In this document: piece by piece, positions 18,201 to 26,122 of the stretch | How the letters are laid out: every line of letters begins with the position of its first letter | How positions within the stretch are numbered: position 1 is the stretch's first letter | From: Chloroflexota bacterium | GTDB lineage: Bacteria > Chloroflexota > Anaerolineae > Epilineales > SHYO01 | Reading direction: 5' to 3' | DNA length: 63,745 bases | Assembly (NCBI GenBank): GCA_009692745.1 | Contig: SHYO01000001.1 | Span: forward strand, 1 to 63,745 | Notes under the pieces: model-generated | The model's database searches: none | Told to the model about the DNA's origin: nothing | Seen by the model: the letters and a program-made list of their open reading frames with translations, nothing else | Program-made: the position numbers and the translations under genes

Positions 18201-21200
18201 GACTGTCGAATACCAGATTCTGTTGCGCAACAACGGCCCCTCAGTGGCCCACAACGTCCTGATCAGCGATGTCTTACCGATCAGCACCACGATCGTCAGC
18301 GCCGCTGTGAAGAACCGTTCCGGCTTCTGCCAATTCCAGGCCGGTGGCAACCAGGTGCATTGTAACCTGGGCGATGTGGCGGCGAACCCGGCGCCGGACC
18401 AGGAGATTATCGTCAGCATCAATGTCTTGATCTCGCCTGCCGCGCCCCAGGGTTCCGTCTTGACCAACCGGGCCCGCATCAGCAGCGATACCGGCAATGG
18501 GCCCATCATCCTGCCCGCGCCGCCGAACTTCGATGGCAAATCTGGCGCCGACAGTGTCCTGGCGCCTGATAGCGTGACCTTCTCCTTCCTGGATTTGATC
18601 CTGTCGCTCTTTGTCCAGGCGCAGGCTGACCTGCTCATCATCAAGGCCGATACCGGCGTGCCTGCGACGGCCGGATCCTTCACTACCTACCAATTGTTGG
18701 TGATCAACGCCGGGCCGTCCGATGCCCAGAACGTGGTTATCAACGATACGCTGCCGGTCGGCTTTACCTATGTAGACAGCCCCAGCGACTGTACCGCTAC
18801 CGCGGGAGGCTTCACCTGTAACCTGGGCACCCTTGCCGCGGGCGGCAGCCAGGTTGTGGCTGTAACCGTGAAACTGGATCCCAACGTGGCTGCTGGCAAT
18901 CACACCAACACCGCCACAGTCACCAGCAGCACCAACGATCCCAATGCGGCCAATAATACCGCTACCCAGGTCACCGCGGTGCTAGAAGTGGCCGATCTCT
19001 TCGTGCGCAAGTTTGGCCGCCCGGACCAGATCGTGGTAGCCGGCACGCTGATGACCTACACCATCTATGTGGATAACGTGGGCCCGTCGGACGCCCGCAA
19101 TACCGTAGTCACCGATACGCTTGATCCCGATGTGACCTTCGTCAGCTCCACCCCTGCGCCGAGTACGGTCGGACCCACCGATCCGCTCAACGGGGAAATA
19201 AATTACATCTACAACCTGGGCACTGTGGCTTTCAATACGCGGGCGCAGATCCAGGTGGTCGTGCGGGTGAACCGCAGCGTGGGACCGCCTTTTGACCCGA
19301 TAACCAACCGGGTTGAAGTGCGCAGCACGGCGCAAGATCCCAACCTGGCCAACAACTTTACCGAACGCGTCAACGCCGTGACGGCCCAATCGGATCTATC
19401 GATCAGCAAGACGGCCGAGGGCCAGAACGTACAGAATTCTGGTACCGCACCTGCGCCCATCGCCTTGCAGGCCAACAGCGTAACCGCCGGTACCAACATC
19501 ACCTACACCATCCGCATCACCAACAGCGGTCCGACCGACGCTTACAACGTCTTCATCCAGGACTTTGTACCTCCTGGCGTAGACACGCGCGCGGTCTCCA
19601 TCACGCGCGGTGATGGCCTGCCGGGTACCTGCCAATTTGGCGGCCTGGTGGATGGCAGTGTGCGCTGCAATATCGATACGCTACCTTTCACCACAACCGC
19701 CGGCCTGAACACCGCTACGATGGTGATTAACGGCTTTGTTGCCAGCTCGGTACCCGAAGGCTTCCTGCTCAATAACAACGCCCAGGTATTCAGCGATAAC
19801 CTGGATCCCAACAATTCCAACAACCTTGCCCAGAATCAGACCGTGGTCAACGCCCGCGCTGACCTGGTGATTACCAAGACGGACGATCCTGACCCGGTAA
19901 TTGCCGGCAACATCCTGAAGTACACTATTACCGTGACCAACTCCGGCCCGTCCGATGCGCTCAACGTCGTCGTGACCGACACCCTGCCGGTGGACGGCAA
20001 CGGTGTGGCCCAGGTAGTCTTCGGCAATAGCTCCTTGAAGAATACCTTCGGTGGGGAGCTATGCTCCGCCGATTTCATCCATCCCGAGCGCGTTACCTGT
20101 AACGTCGGTACGCTGACGGCCGGCCAGGTGGTTACTTTCGACATCCTGGTGCTGGTCAAGCCGAATGTGGTGCTGGATGGCGAGACTTTCCACAACATTA
20201 CCAACACGGCTGCCGTCAAGAGTAGCACCATTGATCCGGTGTCCAGCAACAATACTACCACCCAGACCACGAGGGTCGAGGCCCGCGCCGAGCTGACCAT
20301 CCAGAAGGTGGATTCGCCAGATCCAAACGCGGCCGGGTTGCGCGAGACCTACTTGATTAACTTCTCCAACACCGGGCCGTCCACCGCGCGCACCGTAGTG
20401 GTGACCGATACTTTGCCGTTGGGTGTCTTCTACTCCTATTGTTCTCCTGTCGATCCGAACGATATCGTTTCCTGCTCGGTAATTAGCGGCAACGGTGTAA
20501 CGGTACCCCAGGTGGTTCAACTGAACTCCATCAAGCGGGCCAACGTAACGCTCTACCAGAAACCGCCCGCTGGAGAGGAAGACGACCTGGATCCGGGTGA
20601 GAGCTACTCCTTCTTCCTGATTGCCGATGTTTCCCCCGGCTACGTGCTCGACGGTCGTGGCATCACCGATCCCGGTAATTTGTGCCAGGCTGCCTCTGTG
20701 GCTGCCGGCGGCTATCCGCACATCGCCGATAACCGGGCTACTATCACTTCGGAGACGCCGGATCCGCAACCGCTGAATAACTACGATGACGAGTGTACCC
20801 AGATCATCGGTTCCGCCGACCTGTCCATTACCAAGACCGACAGCACCGGGGACTTCCCGCATGGTGACCCATTGGCCCCTGGTGGCACGATTACGTATAC
20901 CATTGTGGTCATCAATAACGGCCCTTCCGATGCTGCCGATGTGCGGGTGCAAGACCAACTGCCCCAGGGTCTGATCCTGAATCCTGCCCTGGTCGTCGTT
21001 ACCGTCAGCAGCCCGCTGATTGATGCACCCACTGCACCCATCATCACCAAGCGTGACGACGGATTGATCACGGTGCTCCTGGGTCGCGTCAACACGTCTT
21101 CGACGATTACCCGTACGAATCCGACTACCGGGGGTGGCGCCACCGGTCCGGGTGGTCCAATTACGATCACCATCGTTACCCGCGTAGCGCTAACCACGCC

Positions 21201-23523
21201 GGCCGGCATACTTACCAACGTGGCTTTGGTAGATACGGTAAAGGATCTGCGTTTCCCCAACCGTACCCGGCCGACGGCTGATCCGAATCTGAACAACAAC
21301 ATTGCCGTGGAAACCACTACCATCCAGATACCGTCCATCAAGGTGAATAAGACCGTGTCGTTCAACGGTGTCTGCCCCGGCACGGACAATCCCGCCGTGT
21401 CTACGCCGAACCAGCCGGTGACTTTCTGCTACGAGATCACCAACACCGGCACCACCTTCTTGGATAATATCTTGGTGATTGACTCCTACAAGACGCGGCA
21501 AGGGACCATCAACTTCTTTGTGGACCTGATCACCTTTGGCGCCGATCCGGGATTGCCGGTTGCTCCTGGTGAGGTCGTCCGCCGCCAGGTGACCCTGCCG
21601 TCACCGTACTTCAGCGACTGCGGCACCAATGTCAACACGGTGTTTGTGATAGCTGATCCGGTGAACTCTGGTCGCACTCGCCTGGTCGATCTGCCTCAAG
21701 TTTTCAATGCTGATGTAGCTACGATCAACGTGCCTTGCGAAGGGGTAGATTACCGGTTGCAGGTACCCATCCTGGACAACAGCACCTGCCAGAGCTGGGT
21801 CACCGTGCAGAACTATGGTAACAAACCCACCAAGGCCATGATGGTCATCTGGGGCCAGCCGGGCTATTGTACACCGCAGTCCACCGGTCCTTTGAAGGTG
21901 GAATGCACCGGCTTGCTGCTCCCCGGTAGTTCCTGGGTCTTTGCCCCCAGCCTGCTGCCGGCCGGGTCCCATAGTGCGGTGGTTTACTCGCTGAACGCTA
22001 CTGACCTGATTCCTTCGGTGAACGGCACCCTGCTGCCCTTCTCCGACGTAGCCTGCCGCGCGCTGTACCAGTATGTGGTCTTCAATGACGATCAATGGTT
22101 TGAGTTTGACTACTCGTACCGCCACCAGGGCATCTACCGTGGTCCTATCGGCAACGCCGGGCAGCAATTGCTGCTGGACTTCGGCGCGCACCAGGGGCAG
22201 CCGATTGCGGTTGAAGTTAACCGCACCTGCCCTGGCGATGTGACCCCGGGCTTCAAGGCCAGCGCCGCCTACACCGGCATCTCGTCGGATATGGAAGGCG
22301 CGCCCGACTTGACCTTCGGTGGTTTCGCCTACTACGTGCCCTTGATCTACACCCAGGGGCAGGGCGGCTACAATACCACCCTCTGGATCCAGAACTCCGG
22401 CGACCAATGCACCTCCGTCGAGATCTACTTCCAGAAGCAGGACAACTGTTTGCACCCGACGATCGGCGAGATCCTGAGCCTGTCGCCGGGGGAGACCATC
22501 GGCTTCGACCCGGCTACGGTGTTGCCGGCGAACCCGCCCTGGCAGGGCAGCGCCTGGATTCGGGCTTCCAAGCCCTTGGGTATCGTGGTAGATGTCCGTG
22601 GTAAGAATATGTTTGGCTCGTATGTGGGTGTGCCGGCCCAGTTGCAGTCGACCTTCAATTCCACGCCGGAGTTTAGCTTCGGTACCGCGGTGAACTACGC
22701 CCCCTTGATCTACCGCGAGTTCAACGGCTGGCAGACGGGCATCCAGGTACAGAACCTGAGCTCGATCACCAACGCCAAGGTCAAGGTCTACTTCGTCGAC
22801 CACACCGGTGGCATCATTACCACAGTCGTCGACTGGATCTGCCCACGCGGCTCGCAGACGTTCTTCTTGCCGGTGATCAACGGGTTGCCGGGGAACTATG
22901 TCGGTGCGGCGCGCATTGAGTCTCAGAACTGGTGGACTCCTGGCGATCCGAGTGTAAAAGCTCCTAATGTGTTGTCAATAGTGAACGTGATTAAGTATGC
23001 CGACCAGAACAGCACCACCACCCCGCTGGAGATGGCGATGTACAACGCCCTACCGGAGTGGAAGAGCTTCGACTGGCAGGTTGGTACTCCTCCCGGTCTG
23101 TTGGGGATGGGCTTGTTAGGTGTGCCGTTGGTGACGAAGGGCGGGCTGAACCAGGTCTACAGCGAGCTGGCGATCCAGAACCTGAACCCGAACCCTGGCT
23201 TCACCGACTTTGCGATCTTCTTCTACGACCAGAACGGGTTACTCGACACGGTCTGCGAGAAGCTGAACGAGAAGCAGGTGGAGTACATCGACCTGTCCTC
23301 GTGGGGCTTCGTGCCCAACGGCTTCAACGGTTCGGTGGTGATCTCGGCCACGCGCACCACGCAGCCTGGTGGCTTCGGCCTGGCGGGGGTGGCGGTCGAG
23401 CGGGTAGGGCGGAGTTTGACCCAACCGCAGCTCCAGGGGGATGAGACCAAGGCGTATGAGATGTTCCCGATCTTCTTCCCCTTCACCTTCCCGGTGACGC
23501 CGACGTGTCCGGGACAACCGTAA
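15202..23523 (+). CDS. Giant secreted DUF11-repeat surface protein A (2773 aa) with shared four-repeat C-terminal region
   Basis: AAAGGAGG 8 nt before the ATG. Hydrophobic signal segment MLFLASLALLVLVG after a 40-aa basic leader. About 13 DUF11/TIGR01451 repeats (ADLxxTK...NxGPSxA...DxLP) and a C-terminal 730 aa homologous to giant B. Confidence 0.9.
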   Translation: MIPSSGKSKLFSQVADSVSATRKILGQWKPHLPSRRTMSKMLFLASLALLVLVGQAQPATQVHAQTNLFQIIWSADPPVFATAGKPILVRVQVQGFQASKHFDTAKIFTGSGGLPSALGTGPGFSIPVGNCTPDLPNNAETCSNFTIETNDQFGFYILYNIPPGWVGGTDLSRDLNTFFQARGDLAIDSNYAVNVGASADVAITKIGAQQARAGQPFTYKLVVDNYGPSNARNVTIEDDILSSQNVTLNSAPGCTVTGAGAQRHLSCALGTMTPNERITIDVSVTSNVDAIINNTAQVTTTDPDPVTFNNSAQTFTVVSAVADLAVTKTKQSPAGNLTAGGNVTYRLRVDNNGPSSAEGVILVDTLPAFARNVTFGAISGGAGSCIPGNTPITPATCNLGTIANAGFRQVDVTFQVDPSIPIDPATGATLSNQAQVLSNTFDPDNSNNSDQVTTTVVGSSALSMTKTSVPATVHAGDLFHYDIVIRNAGPSTAFDTIFHDTIPTTTFLVLNVSLASPPFSPFPSCTIGVGNGQIDCTIGALAPGATVTGTINLVAAASAIPGTYTNNVLVTSRSGSAVATAQTTIDRQADLEITKLDVPDPATAGSRIAYAITVINRGPSDAPSVTVADTLPAGFTFAGSTENCTAGAPGFNCNLGTIPANGSRNFLVNVDIASSVAPGNFTNSVTTASSAPEPNPDPHSNTATQITTVLGSAELTMTKLANPVATIVAGTNFTYTLVVDNFGPSDARTVTVTDLLPPEVTFVSATSTSTPAFICPPPAGNNLTCTLATLAANGRATIEVVVKANQNIASPFNPIRNCAEVNAVTPDPNRANNQACAFVTPASFADLAVFKSHTPEPVTAGQNITYTIRVTNTGPSDAHGVLVQDILPAGVTIDTKPIFCTTEVVCNLGDIAVGQTKVLTISVAASQFLPAGTKLHNVARTFSSSFDPNNTNDIYNDVANVITTANLSARKIAIQRNQFTETICGTPTGCTVNDIFVAGQTVEYQILLRNNGPSVAHNVLISDVLPISTTIVSAAVKNRSGFCQFQAGGNQVHCNLGDVAANPAPDQEIIVSINVLISPAAPQGSVLTNRARISSDTGNGPIILPAPPNFDGKSGADSVLAPDSVTFSFLDLILSLFVQAQADLLIIKADTGVPATAGSFTTYQLLVINAGPSDAQNVVINDTLPVGFTYVDSPSDCTATAGGFTCNLGTLAAGGSQVVAVTVKLDPNVAAGNHTNTATVTSSTNDPNAANNTATQVTAVLEVADLFVRKFGRPDQIVVAGTLMTYTIYVDNVGPSDARNTVVTDTLDPDVTFVSSTPAPSTVGPTDPLNGEINYIYNLGTVAFNTRAQIQVVVRVNRSVGPPFDPITNRVEVRSTAQDPNLANNFTERVNAVTAQSDLSISKTAEGQNVQNSGTAPAPIALQANSVTAGTNITYTIRITNSGPTDAYNVFIQDFVPPGVDTRAVSITRGDGLPGTCQFGGLVDGSVRCNIDTLPFTTTAGLNTATMVINGFVASSVPEGFLLNNNAQVFSDNLDPNNSNNLAQNQTVVNARADLVITKTDDPDPVIAGNILKYTITVTNSGPSDALNVVVTDTLPVDGNGVAQVVFGNSSLKNTFGGELCSADFIHPERVTCNVGTLTAGQVVTFDILVLVKPNVVLDGETFHNITNTAAVKSSTIDPVSSNNTTTQTTRVEARAELTIQKVDSPDPNAAGLRETYLINFSNTGPSTARTVVVTDTLPLGVFYSYCSPVDPNDIVSCSVISGNGVTVPQVVQLNSIKRANVTLYQKPPAGEEDDLDPGESYSFFLIADVSPGYVLDGRGITDPGNLCQAASVAAGGYPHIADNRATITSETPDPQPLNNYDDECTQIIGSADLSITKTDSTGDFPHGDPLAPGGTITYTIVVINNGPSDAADVRVQDQLPQGLILNPALVVVTVSSPLIDAPTAPIITKRDDGLITVLLGRVNTSSTITRTNPTTGGGATGPGGPITITIVTRVALTTPAGILTNVALVDTVKDLRFPNRTRPTADPNLNNNIAVETTTIQIPSIKVNKTVSFNGVCPGTDNPAVSTPNQPVTFCYEITNTGTTFLDNILVIDSYKTRQGTINFFVDLITFGADPGLPVAPGEVVRRQVTLPSPYFSDCGTNVNTVFVIADPVNSGRTRLVDLPQVFNADVATINVPCEGVDYRLQVPILDNSTCQSWVTVQNYGNKPTKAMMVIWGQPGYCTPQSTGPLKVECTGLLLPGSSWVFAPSLLPAGSHSAVVYSLNATDLIPSVNGTLLPFSDVACRALYQYVVFNDDQWFEFDYSYRHQGIYRGPIGNAGQQLLLDFGAHQGQPIAVEVNRTCPGDVTPGFKASAAYTGISSDMEGAPDLTFGGFAYYVPLIYTQGQGGYNTTLWIQNSGDQCTSVEIYFQKQDNCLHPTIGEILSLSPGETIGFDPATVLPANPPWQGSAWIRASKPLGIVVDVRGKNMFGSYVGVPAQLQSTFNSTPEFSFGTAVNYAPLIYREFNGWQTGIQVQNLSSITNAKVKVYFVDHTGGIITTVVDWICPRGSQTFFLPVINGLPGNYVGAARIESQNWWTPGDPSVKAPNVLSIVNVIKYADQNSTTTPLEMAMYNALPEWKSFDWQVGTPPGLLGMGLLGVPLVTKGGLNQVYSELAIQNLNPNPGFTDFAIFFYDQNGLLDTVCEKLNEKQVEYIDLSSWGFVPNGFNGSVVISATRTTQPGGFGLAGVAVERVGRSLTQPQLQGDETKAYEMFPIFFPFTFPVTPTCPGQP
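22222..23523 (+). repeat. 1.3-kb dispersed direct repeat, copy 1 (3' end of giant gene A)
   Basis: Collinear without indels with 42810-44111. Sampled 60-nt blocks show roughly 90-98 percent identity, against about 70 percent immediately upstream. Confidence 0.85.
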
Positions 23524-23624
23524 GGGATTAGGACTGAGTTAAGATTTTACCGGTGACGGAGTTACGTAGGATTAATTCCGTCACCGGAAGGTGATTTAGA
23601 CCAGAATTTGCAGTAATAGTAAAT

Positions 23625-23670
23625 AAAAAGTCCCGGCACTGTAGTAGTTTCGCTACAGCCGGGACTTTTT
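23625..23670. terminator. Bidirectional intrinsic terminator
   Basis: aaaaa-gtcccggc..ctgtag-loop-ctacag-ccgggac-ttttt. A-run and T-run flank a 13-bp interrupted stem, 100 nt after the giant A stop. Confidence 0.75.
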
Positions 23671-23805
23671 ACACGCCCAGAACGTCTGGTTGGACACGGT
23701 TTGCCAGAAGCTAAACCAGAAGCAGAAGGATTCCATCAAATTGTCCAGTATAATCACACGAGATTCGCGCGCCCGGGTGTTTTCATAGGGGGTTACCAGA
23801 CGCAT

Positions 23806-24121
23806 GCGGCAACGGATGAAAAGCGGATAAGCGGATAAGCGGATAACTGCCACACGACCGCGCCTCCCCTCGCGGCAGTAGATAAATGGAGTATGCTCCA
23901 CGCCGCAGATCAGCGCATGACGGGCGCGCACCATCCGCTTATCTACTTTAATCGGCTGCCCCCTCCCCAGGCGGCAACGGATGAAAAGCGGATAAGCGGA
24001 TAATTGCCACACGACCGCGCCTCCCCTCGCGGCAGTAGATAAATGGAGTGTGCTCCACACCGCAGATCAGCGCATGACGGGCGCACACCATCTGCTTATC
24101 CACTTTAATCGGCTGCCCCCT
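23806..24121. repeat. Tandem duplication of a 151-159 bp non-coding unit (two copies plus a partial third start)
   Basis: Copy 1 at 23806-23964 and copy 2 at 23971-24121 differ by 6 transitions and one extra GCGGATAA 8-mer. Each unit contains a GCGGATAA tandem and a distal complementary ATCCGCTTATC arm. Confidence 0.85.
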
Positions 24122-24229
24122 TTGCTGCAACGGGTAATCAGTCCGGATTTTGATTGGGTCATCTATATAGGGGATGAATTGCCAACTCTATCTGCCTTTC
24201 ACCAGGCGATAAGAGCGCACAGCACAGCC

Positions 24230-25798
24230 TTACGGCGCTTTTCCCTGCCCGCTCAGCGTCCCGACGGCTTTCTCCAGCGCGGCGAGCCGCGCCTCCAGGC
24301 TCTGGTGCTCCTTTTGCAGCGCCTGGATTTGCTCTTGCTGGGCGGAGACCTGCACCTGCAGCGCCGAGATCTGCTGCTCTTTCTCTTGCACCAACGTGTA
24401 TAACGCCTGGCTGGCGGCCAGGGCCACCCCATCGCCATCTACCGTGCTGATATGGGTATTATCCTCGCCTACGCCGAAGGCCGCGTAGAAATCCTGGGCT
24501 ACGGGGCCGATGTGGCGGATATCCGCACTCTGGCTCTTGTAATTCCAGGTCGACATCGGCATTGCCGCCAGCCGCGCCAGGATCTCCCGCCCGTTCACGG
24601 GGGCGAAATTAGCTTTGAGCGCCTGATCCGAGGCGTTGGTCCAGGTGCCGCCCCGGCTCAGGTAGGCCCCGCTGGAGGTGGCTATCAATACGTTAGCCGG
24701 GATGGAGGGCGTGAAGGGGCCGGGACCGGTAGCCGCGCCTAGCCAGAGGCCGCCGTTGGCCCGCACGATAAACTGGTCGCTGCCGCCGGAATGGATCTCG
24801 GCATTGGTCGAGTCCGCCCAGATGAAGCTGCCCTGGTGGTCCGCTTTGGCCTGCCGGCCGGCGGCCAGGCTGTAATCTCCGGTCGCGGCATTTTCCCGTC
24901 CTCCGGGCACGGTGGCTCTCACACCGGCGGCGCTGTTGGAGATACCGCCGCCGATGGCGGCGTCTTCACCGTGCGCTACATTGGCAATGCCGCCGCCGAT
25001 GGCCGACAGCGTGCCGCTGGCCTGGTTATTCAACCCGCCGCTGATGGTAGATGATTCGCCGCTGGCCGCATTGCCTTGCCCTCCTCCCACAGTAGTATAA
25101 GTGCCGCTGGCGGTGTTGCTGGCGCCGCCGCTAATGGTGGCGTCCTGGCCCCCGGCGAAATTGCTCTCTCCGCCGCCGACGGTGGCGCGGGCGTTGCCGG
25201 CGCCATTGCCCGATCCGCCGCCCACGGTAGCCTGGGCGCCGTTGGCGCTGTTGCCCACCCCGCCGCCGATGGTAGCGCGCGAGCCGCCTGCCACGTTCAA
25301 CAATCCCCCGCCGATGGTGGCAAAATCTGCCGTCACCTGGTTGATGGCCCCCTGCTGCCCGCCCCCGCCGATGGAGGCGCCGATAGTGTTGGCCGCTACG
25401 CTGTTGCCGCTGAAGCCGCCGATCAGATTGGGCGCACTGGTGCTGTTGGTGGGCTCCAGCCGCAGGCCGCGCCGGCCGTTGACCCGCAGCTCCAGGGCCA
25501 GGTTGTCCGTCGTGCCCAGGAAATTCGTAATCGGATTGGTAGCGCCGTTCCCGCTCAGGCTCCAGCCGTCAATAGGACTTACGTAGGCGCCGGTTTGATG
25601 CCAGTGGCTGGTGACCAACTGCAGATCCTGCACGTCGATGCTGCCGTCCCGGTTCACATCGCAATTCTGATCGTAGGCGCCTGCGGGGACGCAACCGGCG
25701 CCGGCCGGGGCAGCCGGGGTCGCTGCGATAGCCGCCCCCCCTGAAGTTAACAAACACACCAGGCAAAGCGCAATTCCAATAATGATCGCCCTTTTCAT
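24230..25798 (-). CDS. Secreted tail-fibre-like trimeric fibre protein: dockerin-like loop, GGxxNxAxG beta-helix repeats, S74 intramolecular chaperone domain, coiled coil
   Basis: Signal peptide MKRAIIIGIALCLVCLL. DVNRDGSIDVQDLQLV. About 12 repeats of ATVGGGxxNxAxG. SDQALK (Ser-x4-Lys) followed by HIGPVAQDFYAAF, typical of Peptidase_S74. C-terminal heptad-rich QQISALQVQVSAQQEQIQALQKE. Confidence 0.8.
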   Translation of the reverse strand: MKRAIIIGIALCLVCLLTSGGAAIAATPAAPAGAGCVPAGAYDQNCDVNRDGSIDVQDLQLVTSHWHQTGAYVSPIDGWSLSGNGATNPITNFLGTTDNLALELRVNGRRGLRLEPTNSTSAPNLIGGFSGNSVAANTIGASIGGGGQQGAINQVTADFATIGGGLLNVAGGSRATIGGGVGNSANGAQATVGGGSGNGAGNARATVGGGESNFAGGQDATISGGASNTASGTYTTVGGGQGNAASGESSTISGGLNNQASGTLSAIGGGIANVAHGEDAAIGGGISNSAAGVRATVPGGRENAATGDYSLAAGRQAKADHQGSFIWADSTNAEIHSGGSDQFIVRANGGLWLGAATGPGPFTPSIPANVLIATSSGAYLSRGGTWTNASDQALKANFAPVNGREILARLAAMPMSTWNYKSQSADIRHIGPVAQDFYAAFGVGEDNTHISTVDGDGVALAASQALYTLVQEKEQQISALQVQVSAQQEQIQALQKEHQSLEARLAALEKAVGTLSGQGKAP

Positions 25799-25845
25799 TG
25801 GTTTTCCCTCTCTAGATATATCATACAAGGCAGATGGCCGGATAG

Positions 25846-25873
25846 GTAGGGGCGTACGGCCGTACGCCCCTAC
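25846..25873. promoter_or_regulatory. Perfect 28-bp palindrome upstream of the tail-fibre-like gene
   Basis: gtaggggcgtacgg|ccgtacgcccctac, 48-75 nt upstream of ATG 25798. Confidence 0.5.
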
Positions 25874-25982
25874 GGATGGTACATCGGTCATGACAGACTA
25901 CCATTGAGTGCTGGTGCAGGGGCCAGGTGTCCTCGCTTATCAATTTCTTAGCTGAGATTATCTCTCACTTATGCCTATCAGC

Positions 25983-26024
25983 AAAATACAAGGCCCGTGG
26001 TGTAGTGAGCACCATGGGCCTTGT
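25983..26024 (-). terminator. Intrinsic terminator of the paralog operon
   Basis: 15-bp stem (one mismatch) acaaggcccgtggtg / caccatgggccttgt, followed on the minus strand by TATTTTGCT, 100 nt after stop 26123. Confidence 0.55.
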
Positions 26025-26122
26025 GGAATCAAGCGTAATAGTTCAAGCAGACCGGAAAAGTGTGCGGTTGGTCCCCAGCCTTGCTGGGCCCGCACCTATT
26101 AAAACAGAATTTTCATGTTCGA

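Noticed and set aside
22222-23523. Diversity-generating retroelement template/variable repeat pair
   Set aside because: No reverse transcriptase or accessory gene is present. The mismatches between the copies involve all base types rather than adenine-specific changes, and both copies are coding.
23653-24130. Minus-strand ORFs of 135 and 60 aa with a repeated peptide (ALICGVEHTPFIYCREGRRGRVA)
   Set aside because: The repetition merely reflects translation of the 155-bp tandem DNA repeat. There is no RBS, the composition is odd, and they overlap a terminator.
24230-25798. Prophage or tailocin, suggested by the tail-fibre/S74 domain
   Set aside because: No other phage structural, replication or integration genes occur anywhere in the 63.7 kb. 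The protein has a Sec signal peptide and a dockerin-like loop.
25799-25891. N-terminal extension of the fibre ORF (start at 25891)
   Set aside because: The extension covers the 28-bp palindrome and has no RBS. ATG 25798 has a GAGAGGG RBS and is directly followed by a typical signal peptide.
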